A stretch of 64,000 nt of DNA from the NCBI GenBank assembly GCA_049999805.1, contig JBNGIO010005980.1:1-64000 (forward strand). The letters are read 5' to 3'. The position numbers and the translations under genes are program-made. The notes under the pieces are model-generated. The model was given only the letters and a program-made list of their open reading frames with translations, was not told where the DNA came from and ran no database searches. This DNA comes from Folioceros fuciformis (lineage: Eukaryota). Of the stretch, positions 1 through 12,029 are shown piece after piece (positions within the stretch are counted from its first letter, which is position 1; the number at the start of each line of letters is the position of its first letter).

Positions 1-182
1 AGAAGAAAGACAAAGACGGTGACGAGAAGGCAGAGAAGAAGAAGGAAAAGAAGGATAAGAAGAAGGACAAAGACGGTGACGAGAAGGAGGAGAAGAAGAA
101 GGAAAAGAAGAAAGACAAAGACGGTGAAGAGAAGGAGGAGAAGAAGGAAAAGAAGGACAAGAAGGACAAGCATGATGAGTGA
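1..182 (+). CDS. 3' end of a CDS with a Lys/Glu/Asp-rich low-complexity C-terminus (partial, runs off the window start)
   Basis: The frame starting at base 3 reads KKDKDGDEKAEKKKEKKDKKKDKDGDEKEEKKKEKKKDKDGEEKEEKKEKKDKKDKHDE, with stop TGA at 180-182. It contains three imperfect KDKDG(D/E)EKxEKK repeats. The family cannot be identified from this fragment. Confidence 0.6.
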   Translation, partial: KKDKDGDEKAEKKKEKKDKKKDKDGDEKEEKKKEKKKDKDGEEKEEKKEKKDKKDKHDE

Positions 183-1571
183 TTGACATGTGATGCTTAG
201 TGCTAGATGGAGCTGGCTGAACATGGATCAGAGTGGTCAGGCTGCTGCGGTGCCATCCTTCAGTGATGCCTGAATGCAGGAATCCTGATTACGTGGCGCT
301 GGAGTGCTCTGTAGATGAACCATGGCGAAAGGAAAGACGTCATCCTGCTGTTCTCGACAGTTGGTTGTTTTTTAGTGAGATCCCAGCTCCATGATTGACA
401 AGTCGCTTGTGGTGTGCCTGTGCAACCTGGCCGAGAACTCATGTAAAGGTCACCAGTTTCACCTGGCTGGCTTTGAAGAAGACAAACAAGAGTAATGGAG
501 GCGAGAAAGTTGGTCAGTCCGCCTGCTCACTTTTCCCACATCTGCCGCAAATTGAATGGGCAGGCAGTACCTTTGTGGATGAAAGGCTGCCGAGAAAAGC
601 ATTCACCTAGCATTACAATATGTGAAGACGGTCCTTTTGTTGCAGCACCGACTCGACTTGTTTTCCAGGTGCTCTATTGTGGAAAGAGAGCAGTTGGTGT
701 CGCTTTTGAAGTTGGTCATACAAGATTACAGAACTGGATTTCATTTTCTTGACATGTACATGATATCGTGCTTTGCCTGCCCACTACGCTTATACGTCTA
801 AAGTAGAGTGTAGAGCCAATGGATGCAGGTACGGCCTGGGTCCGGGTGGTGTTGAAATCCAGGAACTCCGGTGGGTAGAGAGTAGCTACCTAGTTTTGAT
901 CCCTCTCGAGATCGGACTCAGAGATGTGAGTGGCAGATTAATGAGCGCGCAGAATCCTAAGGGACAGCGCGACACGTGGCACGTGGGTACGCGGGGGTTG
1001 GTAGAGACTGCTTTCTACTGTTGCTGTGCAATCAAGCGGAATTTGTTAATAAAGACTGGGGGAGTCGATGCGACGTTGTAGCGCCAAGCCTGGCATTCCG
1101 ATCAACGGACTACGGACAGCCAGAGACAGCGACACAGACTCAGCCCGCGCTACGAGACAAATGGCCACGATGCCACAGCCCTCCCGTCTCGTGAAATCAT
1201 GCAAAAACCCATTCCGGGCCGCGACAAACAATGACAGACGGATCCCCCATTTCACGGCCCCGTTGCTACGCGCTCGGCACATTTCTACTCGCTACCGCAT
1301 TTCTCAACGTCCTCTCGCGTCGTGGTAAGCGCAACAGCTGGAACGGGAACAGGATCGGGAACGGGAAGGAGGAGCGCAACTCCGACCATGGCCGCCTGAG
1401 CCTTCGCATATCCATGTCGGTGCTGAGCTGCGTTGTGCTGTGCTGTGATTTGGTTTGATTTGATTTGGTGTGAGCAGTGCGGCTCGTTTCCTGCCGGCTC
1501 TCGCGCGGCTGCAGCGTGACCTCGTTTGTCTGTGCGGTACGCGGCACGCAGAACATCGGGAGCTGGAAATT

Positions 1572-3041
1572 ATGTCGAAAAACTCCGCCGTGACGTCGTT
1601 GAAGGAGTCCGAGGACGGGGGATCCAGTGTGGAGTATGGCTGCAAGTCGGGAGACTCGGACAAGGCCATGGATGGCGTGAAGTCGGAGCTGGACGCGTGT
1701 GAGATGAGCGACCTTCTGGGACTGGGAGGAGATCGGTCGCTCGAGGCGGATGGCAACCTTCAGGCCAACAATACGGATGAGGACCAGAAGCCCGGGGAAT
1801 CCTCCGACTCCAGTGATCATATTGAGGCAGCTTGCGATAAGCCACGCAGGCGCATGAGGTCTGGACCCTATCCGGTGTCCAAGAACCTGGTTTCGGAGCG
1901 GAAGCGCAGGAAGAAGTTGAACGAAGGGCTCTACTCTTTGCGAGCGCTTGTTCCCAAGATTAGCAAGGTGCGGTGTTAGATTTTGTTTTCTTGCTGCATT
2001 TGTGCGCCTGGAATGTTGGGGTTACCCTCCCTTTTTTTCTTGACACTGTGTGTGTGTGTGTGTTTTTGCAGATGGATAAAGCATCCATTGTAGGGGATGC
2101 CATTGAGTACGTCAGAGACCTTCAGAAGCAAGTTGAGGACTTGGAATCAGACATTTCGTATATGCAAGCCCGGATGGAGTCCGACACCCTAGTTGGCAAC
2201 AGGTGCCAGGATAACTCTGGGACGGACACGGGGAGTGCAGAAACTGGTCGGTTGCTTAGTGAAGGGGAGGAAGGATCGCTTGTGCAATCAGACTCGATGG
2301 CAAAGATATCCAATGACCCTGATGACCGAGGGCAACAGCAAATTATCATGCAGGCATGTTGGTGTCCTTGCATCTCTTTGCATCCCTTTTTCTGTGAGGT
2401 GCTGCTGACAGCGAATTCATTGCTTGTGCTCAGCTGGAGGTGGTGAGAGTGGAGGGGCAAATCTTCCAGCTTCGTGTGTGTTGTAAACGAGGGCCTGGAG
2501 TCGTGGCCCAGCTAATGGAAGCGCTAGAGGGCCTAGGTCTCGAGGTTCTCAATGCCAACCTCACGTCGTTTCAGGAGAGCATACACAACACCTTCATTGC
2601 CAAGGTAATTTCCTATCTTTCCCTCCAGTCTTTCATCCTGTGTTTACATCGACCACATGACCCTTTGCCGGTTCATTTGCTCTTACTACTGAGGATGCAG
2701 TGTTGATGCACGATGGCCTTGTTTGACCTTGCCTTGTGTGCGCTGTTTCACGTGCATGCTACCGTTCTTCGTGTGTGCTGATTTCGTGTCGGAGAGGGAC
2801 CAACAGAGTCTGAATTGAATACTGTGAATATAGTGCATCCTTGTAGAGACTAGTGCTAGCTATGTAACAGCCCACGTATACACCATACGGGAATTATCCA
2901 AGATACTGACTGCTGGTGGTGGATCAGATAAGCAACTGGGAAATTATGGAGTCTGAAGATTCCGTGAAAAGCATCATCCTAGACATGGCTGCACAACATG
3001 GCCTACTATACGGAGATCCTGGAGTGATCAACGCTTGTTGA
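1572..3041 (+). CDS. bHLH transcription factor with C-terminal ACT-like domain (subfamily III-like, FIT/bHLH27/35/DYT1-type); exons 1572-1967, 2072-2353, 2434-2604, 2928-3041
   Basis: Spliced translation gives SKNLVSERKRRKKLNEGLYSLRALVPKISK|MDKASIVGDAIEYVRDLQKQV, a bHLH domain with the conserved K|MDKAS intron. It continues IIMQ|LEVVRVEGQIFQLRVCCKRGPGVVAQLMEALEGLGLEVLNANLTSF...FIAK|ISNWEIMES...NAC*, an ACT-like domain. All junctions are phase 0: introns GT-AG, GC-AG, GT-AG. The start is the first in-frame ATG; an upstream exon cannot be excluded. Confidence 0.88.
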
Positions 3042-3410
3042 AATTCTAGTTCCAAGGTTTTTACTGAAGAGGGGAGTGGAATGCCAACGAGGACTTCATC
3101 CCTCCGATTTCTTCTATCACACCGTCAGCCATCCTGGGAACAAGTTAAATTCCGAGCAATGGAGAGTCTTCGGTGCACAAGAGTAGATCGATGACAGATC
3201 ACAGTGAATATAAATATGCGTACGCACTAAATCCTGCGAACTTGTGTCAAGGACAGAAACACGCCTAGTAAACTCATGTCAAACCCAGGAGCTAAGGCAA
3301 ATTTAACCCCTCTACTTCATGGAAATACGCTAGTGGCAAGCAGGATGTAAATTATAAACCGGTGTGCAGGTTTTCCCCCTTGCAAAGCGGGTGCAGAGGT
3401 TTCGGAGGGC

Positions 3411-3510
3411 NNNNNNNNNNNNNNNNNNNNNNNNNNNNNNNNNNNNNNNNNNNNNNNNNNNNNNNNNNNNNNNNNNNNNNNNNNNNNNNNNNNNNNNNNN
3501 NNNNNNNNNN
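3411..3510. other. Assembly gap (100 N); further 10-N gaps at 26903-26912, 47014-47023 and 58725-58734
   Basis: Runs of N in the sequence. Confidence 1.
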
Positions 3511-3900
3511 CTGGATCATGAAGACCTGTTATTTTACCTATCAGATAATGGAATGTGCAGACGCTGTTCATTTTTAGTAATTTATGTTAATTGTGAAGTT
3601 ATCTTATTAGCTATAGCATGGTGGTAAGAGTTTCACGTAAAGGGGAAGGGTTGAAATCCTAATTATCATATTAAAATATGGTGATTGTTTTTTAATTATA
3701 TTTTTTGAACATTATTTTTTAATTATACTTTTTTAGTATTAAACTATAATTTTCACTCAAAAAGTAGTAAAATATGATATGGTGACAAATCCCCTCTAAA
3801 GTTCTTTGGCTCCAAAGGAAGGGGGATATGTGATTTGAATATAGAGATATCGAAGGGAAAATAAAGTATAAAAATAAGATTACATGGAATCTTCTCTCTA

Positions 3901-4504
3901 AGTAACACCCCCTTCAACGGGGTGGGGCAGAACCACGCAGTTAGAAGCCAAAGCAAAGGTCAGTTTTAAACTCCGGACACAGCACTAGGCCTCCAAGTAG
4001 CCCGCCCTCCTCTTCTAGGAGGACTCGCAACCAGCACCCTTGCTGCTGCTCTTTATTCAAATCACGAGTCAACAAGAACATACAGAGCTGGAGGGCTAGA
4101 GAGAACTCCCCATCTTTGCCTAAGCTAGGAGTTTAGCTCTCCCTTCTCTTCGCCTCCTCCCACAGCTCCTTCATAGCACCTTTCATGTGCTCTCACAGCC
4201 CAAGCAACACATGCTCTCAAGGCAAAGCCCAAGCACCCAGTGCTCTCAAGGCTTTGAGGAGATACTCATCTCAACTCCACTGAACTTCCCTTAACCCTTG
4301 GCTAGGTCCCCTTTTATACACAAGCTCAAGTCACTAACTTAGCAACTACTTACTTAAGCACTTACTTAAGCCTTAAGCTATTATTCACTACCACACACTT
4401 TTTCCTAGGGCTGCATGCTTCTCATGCTCTCTTAGTAACCTGCTCTGCTAAACATGCCTTTGCATGGAGCTTACTTGCTTAGCACTCAAACCAACGTTGT
4501 TACT
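3901..4504 (-). repeat. 3' LTR of the gypsy element (604 bp)
   Basis: On + it begins AGTAACACCCCCTTC and ends CAACGTTGTTACT. It matches 9174-9801 with roughly a dozen substitutions (mostly transitions, counted by eye) plus indels. Confidence 0.95.
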
Positions 4505-4514
4505 TCCTCCCCCA
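4505..4514 (-). other. Polypurine tract (PPT)
   Basis: The minus strand reads TGGGGGAGGA immediately before the 3' LTR start AGTAAC. Confidence 0.85.
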
Positions 4515-4534
4515 CTAGGAAAGAATCATTGTCC

Positions 4535-7500
4535 TCAGTGATAACCAGTGTAACGAGCAATCATCCAAGAGCCTCTCTGGATATCCTCTAATGTTACCCA
4601 AACTGGTGTTGAGATCCCACGCAACTTTACCATATATTGAGGTAGAGTTCCACGTCTCGTAGCCACGCTACCTTCTGCAAGGAATTCTTCAATCTCCCGC
4701 AATCCTTGATCATGCTGCACCAGGATACTGTACTTCTTCCTGTCCATGTCTTCTTTCTCTTTGCCTAGCACAAATGGTTTCAACATAGATACATGAAACA
4801 CATTGTGTGCAAAAATCCAATCAGGCAAATCTAACTTGTAAGCCACTTCGCCAATGCGCTTCAAGACAACATATGGACCTCCATACTTTGGTCTCAACTT
4901 TAAAGACAATCCTTGGGGTAGTGTGAAATGCTTCAGTTTCACCCAAACTTTATCCCCAACATTGAAGACAGTTTCTCTCCTGTGCTTATCAGCATATCTC
5001 TTTTGACGTGCTTGAGCCTTGGCTAATATCGTTTGGGCAACCTCATGCCTAGCCTTCAATTGCTCAACGAATTGGCGTGGATCTCCAGTGATAGTGTCGA
5101 AAACTTCAGCATTTAGCATGGATACCACATCCAAAGCTGAATTTCCACTCATCTCAAAGGGAATACATCCCAGGGAGCTATGTACTGAGTTATTGTAACA
5201 AAACTCCGCATCATCAAGATGATCAGCCCAATCTCTCTGATCAATCTGCACATAGTGCCTCAAATATTCTTCTTGGATTCGGTTGACTCGCTCAGTTAAT
5301 CCATCAGTATCTGGATGGTATGCAGTACTCATGCATAGCTGCACATTCAAGCTCTTCATCAAGTGCTGCCAGAACTCTCCTGTGAATCTTGGATCTCTAT
5401 CGCTCACAATCTGCACGAGCAAGCCATGATACTTGTACACATACTTTTTGAACAAGTTTGCTGCCTCAGAAGCGGTCACTCGCTTCTTGGTGGGGATGAA
5501 GTGTGCTTGTCTGGTGAATCTATCCACCACTGTCATGATAGCTGTAAATCCATTACTGGGAGGCAAGGGCATGATGAAGTCCATAAAAATACTTTTCCAT
5601 GGGCCTCTTGGGATAGGTAGGGGCTGTAAGAAACGTCTTGGCTTAGCCTGCTCAACCTTGTCCTGCTGACAAACAGCACATGCCTTGACAAAATCCAATG
5701 TATCTTGATACATTCCTTGCCAATAGAACAGTCTCCTCAACTTCTCATAAGTTGAATCACCTCCACGGTGACCAGCACTTGGCACATCATGGCACTCAGC
5801 AAGCAATTTCCTCTTCAAGCCTACAGAGTTAGGGATCACAACTCTCTTCTGTTTGTATATTAACAAACCATCCTTGAGGTTGAACTTGCTTCCTTTCTCT
5901 GCCACCCCATTCATCCAGTCCTGCACTTCTGGATCTTGCAGATAAGCTTCTTTTATCTCTTTGTGAGCATCCAAGGGTTCAATCACAGTTGCCATTGCTT
6001 TCACGTCTTGACTCTGCTTGCGGCTCAGCGCATCTACAACCTTATTCTCTTTTCCAGGTTTATATCTAAGAGTCACGTCATACATAGCTAGGAAATCTTG
6101 CCATCTAGCTTGCCTCGCATTCAACTTTAATTGGTTTGAGAAGTACGTCATGCTGATATTATCAGTATACAGCACAAAAGACCTACCCAAGAGATAGTGT
6201 CTCCAACCCTTCAGACAGTGGATGACAGCAGTCATCTCCTTCTCATAGGTGGGATACTTCCTCTCATAAGGATGCAACTTCCTTGACTCAAAAGCTAACG
6301 GCTTTTGGTCCTGCATCAAAACTCCACCTATAGCCACATCTGAGGCATCACAAAACACTTCCACATCTCTCTTGGGGTCATACATTCCCAACACTAGAGT
6401 CGTGCTCAACTTCTTCTTCAAGCATTCAAAGGCTGCTTGACACTCAGCATCCCATTTCCAAGCTTTTGCTATCTTCAAGAGGTCAGTTATGGGGGCTGCT
6501 ATCTTAGCAAACATATGTACAAACTTCCTGTACACAGAAGCCAAACCCATAAAACTTCGCACCTCATGAATATTTCGAGGGGGCTGCCAATCTTGAATGG
6601 CCTTAACTTTATCAGGATCCATCCTGATGCCCTCGGCAGAGATAATGAAACCTAAGAATGAAATTTCTGTCTTGACAAAGTCACACTTCTTGATTGCCAA
6701 GAACAAAGAATTCTCTCTTAGTCTCTGTAACACTTTCCTCAAGTGTTCAACATGTTCCTCCAAGGTATGGCTATAGATCAAAATGTCATCCAGATAGATT
6801 ACAACACACTTGTCCACCAGATCTATGAATATAGTATTCATAAGAGTCTGAAATGTAGCAGGTGCGTTAGTAAGTCCAAATGGCATGACAAGGAACTCAA
6901 AAGATCCATACCTTGTTCTGCATGCTGTTTTGTACTCATGCCCCTCTGCAATCCTGATCTGATAGTACCCTGCCATCAGGTCTAGGTTGGTGAAATACTT
7001 GGCACCCTTCAACCTGTCAAACATGTCGTCCATTCTCGGCAAAGGATATGCATTCTTGATTGTGATCTGGTTCAAAGCTCTGTAATCCAGACACAATCTA
7101 AGTCCTCCATTCTTTTTGCGCGTGAATAACATAGGCGCACCAAAGGGAGACTTAGAAACTCTGACATATCCCTTTGCCAACAGGTTGGATAGTTGTCACT
7201 TGAGTTCTTGCAACTCATCTTGTGACAATCTATATGGTGCTCTCGAAGAAGGTGTACTCCCTGGCCTCAACTCAATTTCATGATCCACAACTCTACGAGA
7301 CGGCAATGGTGGCAACTCATCTGGCATCAAGTCCTTGAACTCATCTAGTACAACTTGTACTTCTTTTGGGATGTCCTTCTCCTCTGTGGAATCTTCTTCC
7401 AGACCATCCTCTAGTCCTTGGAGTACAACCAAGTATAACTCCTTCTTTTTCCTGAGGTCTTTCTTGATCTCTCTTTTTGTAATCAGCTGTACTGATACGC

Positions 7501-7958
7501 TTTCAAGCCTCTGGCTATTGCTAGCACAACTCACTCTGTGCTTTCTGGATATCTCGATAGTGCGTGACTTAACATCCATTTGCACTTCATTAGATCTCAA
7601 CCACTCCAAACCTAGGATGATATCATGGTCATCCATCTCCACGACTGTAAAACTCACACTTCCTTGCCACGCATCAACTTGCAGCTTTACTCCATGCAAT
7701 TCATCCAGAAATTGCAGAGTTCCTTTAGCTTGCCTGATTCTATATGGCGTGGAAGTTTCAGTCCAATCAAGGCCAAGCTCTCTTGCCTTATGTGGAGTCA
7801 CAAAATTATGGGTGGGCTGCAGAATCTAACAATAGCTCACCATCCAAGCCATTGATCTTGCCACATATATACATCAAGTCTCCACCCTCCCTGGAAATAA
7901 TGTCATCCTTGACACTCGATGACTCACCACATGTCCTCACAACATGTGGCCCCTGGCA
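4535..7958 (-). pseudogene. pol: Gypsy pol (protease, RT, RNase H, integrase, degenerate chromodomain); open from 7180 to 4535, with a stop at 7196-7198 and a +1 frameshift in the protease
   Basis: RT motifs [20 protein letters not shown] and YLDDILIYS; RNase H FCDAS; integrase HHCC (ECHD..GH..CAVC) and D,D,E (MDFI, SDRD, TER); GPY motif; C-terminal [17 protein letters not shown] chromodomain-like segment. Protease LLDSAA/THNFVTP is broken by an extra C near 7815. Confidence 0.93.
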
Positions 7959-9120
7959 TTACCTAGACTCTTCAGGGAGCTCTTGGATCCTGGCTCTAGG
8001 AACAGGTGGATTTGCGGCCACTAGATTCAAGTTGGGAGCTCCTGCATGTGGACAGTTCCTAGCAAAATGTCCCTGCTCTCCACAACTATAACATACACCA
8101 GAGGTAGGCGCTACACGTCGTCTTCTACGACTCCTGTTATCACCTCTACCCCGACTTCTGGCAGAAGTCTCAGCAGTTGCACTGTTCCCAGTGGTGGTGG
8201 CTCGTCCTCTGCCTCTAGATTTACCCTGAGATCTAAGATATCTCCCCCTGGAGATTGGAGCCTCCTGGACAAACATGTCCGGTATGGCATCTGCTGCTGC
8301 CATAGCCTCTTGCAATGTTTGAGGATTAGTCAATGCAATCCTGTTTTGAGCCCATCTCTTAAGGCCAGTAGTAAACTTGTGGAGTTTGTCCTGCTCATGC
8401 ATCTCAGGACATTGCAAGACAATAGAGCTGAATTCACTCACATACTCCCGCAAAGTTCCAATATGCTTGACATTGTCGAGCATCCTTCGCGCCAAACTCG
8501 CAGCATTAGCTGGTTGGAAACGGAGTTGCAGCGCTTCCTTGAAGTCTGCCCATGTAAAGATTGTTGCTCTACGATTGCCTTGCCTTACGTTCTCTACGTA
8601 AGTCCTCCACCAAGAAAGAGCATACTCGTCCAAGAAGTTCGTGACGTGCTTCAAGTACTCGTCTTGGGGAACTCCGCATGATTCCAAGTACGCTTCCAAA
8701 GAGAAAAACCAAGAACTGATTTTCTCTACGTCACGCTCGCCCTTATAACTCTTAGGCGCAAGAACACTCAATCTCAACTTCTTTGCATTCTTAGGAGCAC
8801 AGATCTCAGGCTCCGGCTCCACTTCTTCTGGCTCTTCATCAACGAGCCTACGTTTGCCTTTGATCTCTTGATCTAGAGCATCAAGTCTCCTCATGATTTT
8901 TTTGGAGCTGGTCCTCTATGGTGGTACCGGTCCTTTGCTCCGAAGTTCCTTCCTCTGTCGTTCTCACGACTTGAGGATCCGCCTGTGGTTCTTCCACAAC
9001 GGCTTCGGTAAGTGGGGCCTTATCCTTCCTGCGACGCACCCTCTCGGCTTCGGTAAGCGGGGCCTTATCCTTCCTGCGACACACCCTCTCTGCTCTGCCT
9101 GGCTCAGCAGGATCTGCCAT
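7959..9120 (-). pseudogene. gag: Gypsy gag with CCHC zinc knuckle; frameshift near 8895-8902 (T7 run)
   Basis: ORFs 8881-9120 and 7959-8894 overlap out of frame. Retrotrans_gag-like motifs ALSWW, TWADFKEAL and CYSCGEQGHFARNC are present, as is a 45-bp tandem duplication (AERVxRRKDKAPLTE x2). Confidence 0.9.
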
Positions 9121-9151
9121 CGTTAACTAGCGTACTAGTCAAGGATGCTTT

Positions 9152-9170
9152 AACCTATGCTCTAATACCA
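9152..9170 (-). other. Primer-binding site complementary to initiator tRNA-Met
   Basis: The minus strand reads TGGTATTAGAGCATAGGTT, 3 nt downstream of the 5' LTR; the plant iMet PBS consensus is TGGTATCAGAGC. Confidence 0.88.
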
Positions 9171-9173
9171 ACA

Positions 9174-9801
9174 AGTAACACCCCCTTCAACGGGGTGGGG
9201 CAGAACCACGCAGTTAGAAGCCAAAGCAAGGGTAAGTTTTAAACTCCGGACACAACACTAGGCCTCCAAGTAGCCCGCCCTCCTCTTCTAGGAGGACTCG
9301 CAGCCAGCACCCTTGCTGCTGCTCTTTATTCAAATCACGAGTCAACAAGAACATATAGAGCTGGAGGGCTAGAGAGAACTCCCCATCTTTGCCTAAGCTA
9401 GGAGTTTAGCTCTTCCTTCTTTTCGCCTCCTCCCACAGCTCCTTCACAGCACCTTTCATGTGCTCTCACAACCCAAGCAACACATGCTCTCAAGGCATAG
9501 CCCAAGCACCCAGTGCTCTCAAGGCTTGAACTTCCCTTAACCCTTGGCTAGGTCCCCTTTTATACACAAGCTCAAGTCACTAACTTAGCAACTACTTACT
9601 TAAGCACTTACTTAAACCTTAAGCTATTATTCACTACCACACACTTTTTCCTAGGGTGCATGCTTCTCTTGCTCTCTTCTCTTGCTCTCTTAGTAACCTG
9701 CTCCCTGCTAATCTTCTCTTGCTCTCTTAGTAACCTGCTCCCTGCTAAACATGCCTTTGCATGGAGCTTACTTGCTTGGCACTCAAACCAACGTTGTTAC
9801 T
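9174..9801 (-). repeat. 5' LTR of the gypsy element (628 bp)
   Basis: Same AGTAAC...GTTACT ends as the 3' LTR. It lacks a ~27-bp block present in the 3' LTR and carries an internal duplication of CTCTTGCTCTCTTAGTAACCTGCTCCCTGCTAA. Confidence 0.95.
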
Positions 9802-10369
9802 CTCTATGGTAATTGGAACCTTTCTAACATAAATATTATGCCAATTTATCTCTTTAAATAAGTTTTAAATCATATATATTTTAAAAACAAGAATCGAATA
9901 AATATGAAATAGACTTTGCATTCTATCATTATAAATGTATTGATTTCTATCAAGCAATTGTTATGCTAGTAAAAGAGTATAAGTATTATGTTAGTCCATG
10001 CACGATCTGGAACTCCTTCAAGGCAAAGTACTCTAGGTGCACCATGGCATTCAAAAGATGCACAATACTCTCAAATGTAGCCATGTTAGCAAAGGATGCT
10101 TAATGCCATCAACAATAATGCCAAGTCGGAAGGAAGACGACGGGCACGAACGCAAGCTAAGGCATCATAACCTACTTTGGGCTTCCAACATGATGAAACA
10201 GAAGAAAGGAAGCTCACTGCAGCGCTAAGCGCACGGCACAATTCGCCCTCTGAAGATAGTGCTTGAACCTTTTCAGCATCCATCGTTTTGTTGGAACTCG
10301 CCGACGCAGTCTCCGCCACCCAATCATCACTTATTACCGTGATTGCTAACGCTAAGACAAGCCCAATCA

Positions 10370-11211
10370 CCAGACCTGACTGTTCCTTGCATCGTCTGCG
10401 CAAGCCAGACCCCAAGGACACAGCATAGAAAGTCGGACGCCGTTGAAGACACGCGGGACCAGAGCAAACAAACCTAGGAACAGGAGCGCCAACACGCGAG
10501 TTGGAGATGAGCATGCCGATTGCGACCTTCCCTCCAAATCCTCACCACAACCAAACGTGAGGACCGGAAAACACAACACAACCAAGAAACGCACCACATC
10601 GTAACAGTCCAATATGAAAACCTAACTCAAACCTCCGAGCTAAGCGAGAAAGGGGTAACGTGGTCGGTTGCAGAGCCGGCCATGGCGTTCGCCGGACAAT
10701 GCATACCTGTACTCCTGTACTGTGGCCTTCACAACTCAAGAAAAGGATTGGACTCCGCGTCCAACACGAGCGAGACGCCTCACCTTCCCCTCTCCAGCTG
10801 TCCTCCGACAACGAATCAAACATAATGATATACGCATATATGTATCCAGTCGATCTCCCTCTCCACAGGCCTGAATCCTGCGCACCGTTTTCATGCCTGT
10901 CTGCCGATCCGCGTCTCTTTCCTGGTTCCGTAGCGCGGGATCCCGATCTCCCTTCACCGCTTGAGCTACTGTCCCTCCTCGCAATGAGAACAGGATCATC
11001 GTTGCCAGCAACAGCTACGCAAAAAGCGTTCTTGACCCTCAGAGCCGGCCATCTGTCCGTGGGATCCCGCGAAACACGGACTTCCGTGTCAGCCACCGCA
11101 TCAGCTGCGTTCTCCGGAGTGGTCTTCCACAGATAAAGTCTGCGCTCTCCTTCTCATCCATTCCAGAACATTCTACGCTCTCCTTCTCATCCATTCCAGA
11201 ACATTCTCCAT
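10370..11211 (-). pseudogene. Decayed ORF of unrecognised family, paralogous to 12815-13648
   Basis: Reads MENVLEWMRRRA...LWKTTPENAADAVADTEVRVSRDPTDRWPALRVKNAFCVAVAGNDDP, which aligns with the second copy. A 33-bp tandem duplication (~11143-11208) introduces a stop, and frameshifts follow. Confidence 0.5.
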
Positions 11212-12029
11212 CTCCGCTACTTCACTTCTACTTATCGTCGCAGCTTTCCTCCCACGCCACAATCGGTGGCCATGAGATGTGAATAAGCCCTGGTGAATCA
11301 GTGGTTCCATGTCCCTTATCGCATCGTGTGTTCCTGACTAGATCTGCTCGTATCCATCCACGTGGTTTGTCAGCCTTTCCGTTCACCCTTGACCGAATTC
11401 AGCTCCTGGCGGACACACTAATTGCAACAGCGCAAGGCATCTGAAATTCATCTGAAATTCTGGACCACGAATTCTGGACCCGCCCCATAGAACCTGCAGA
11501 GCGACAACCCAAACGCAGACCGCAGGTACGGACAGATTGATCCAAGGATTGAATTGTACTGACGCACAGAGAGCAGCGGTGATTGGCAATTCTTCAGCCG
11601 TACGAACTAAGTCCAAGGTTAGTGGATATTTACATAACTAGCTCGCTAATTAGCTATTAGTTCTGGTCCTTGTATTTGACGAGGAGAAGGTCCTCTTCAT
11701 GGGTTCATGTTTTTCTCCGCTGTAGTTCTTTCCTTCCTTTCAAATGTCCATGTTCTGTACCTAATCTCTGTCTTTGCTTAGTCCACATAATTTCCCCACC
11801 TGTTTTATACACTGTCCCATAAGCAGAGCTCCGTCATCATTCTCGTTGTGAAGAAAACAGAATACTTACAGATTCCAGTCATATGTTTGTCTTTAGATAT
11901 CATTTCAATTCTAGCCCAGATGTCTTGAGAAACGGCAATTCCCACGGCACAGTCAACACAACCACAGGGTAGCTCCACAGCGTGCCATGGAATTGTTGAG
12001 ACCTTGTCTGCCATGGACTGCCTGAGTGT

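Larger units (their letters stand above)
3901..9801 (-). mobile_element. Full-length Ty3/gypsy LTR retrotransposon, chromovirus-type, with inactivating lesions and non-canonical AG...CT termini
   Basis: Two ~0.6 kb direct repeats; 5-bp TSD CTCTA at 3896-3900 and 9802-9806; iMet-type PBS; PPT; domain order gag-PR-RT-RH-INT-chromodomain-like. Confidence 0.97.

Noticed and set aside
1325-1380. Similarity of GCGCAAC..GGAACAGGA..GAACGGGAAGG to 21288-21340
   Set aside because: Both are short hexamer-like low-complexity runs, and the similarity does not extend into the flanks.
5363-8681. Plus-strand ORFs overlapping gag/pol (and those antisense to the DnaJ gene)
   Set aside because: Antisense shadows of real coding frames with no independent motifs.
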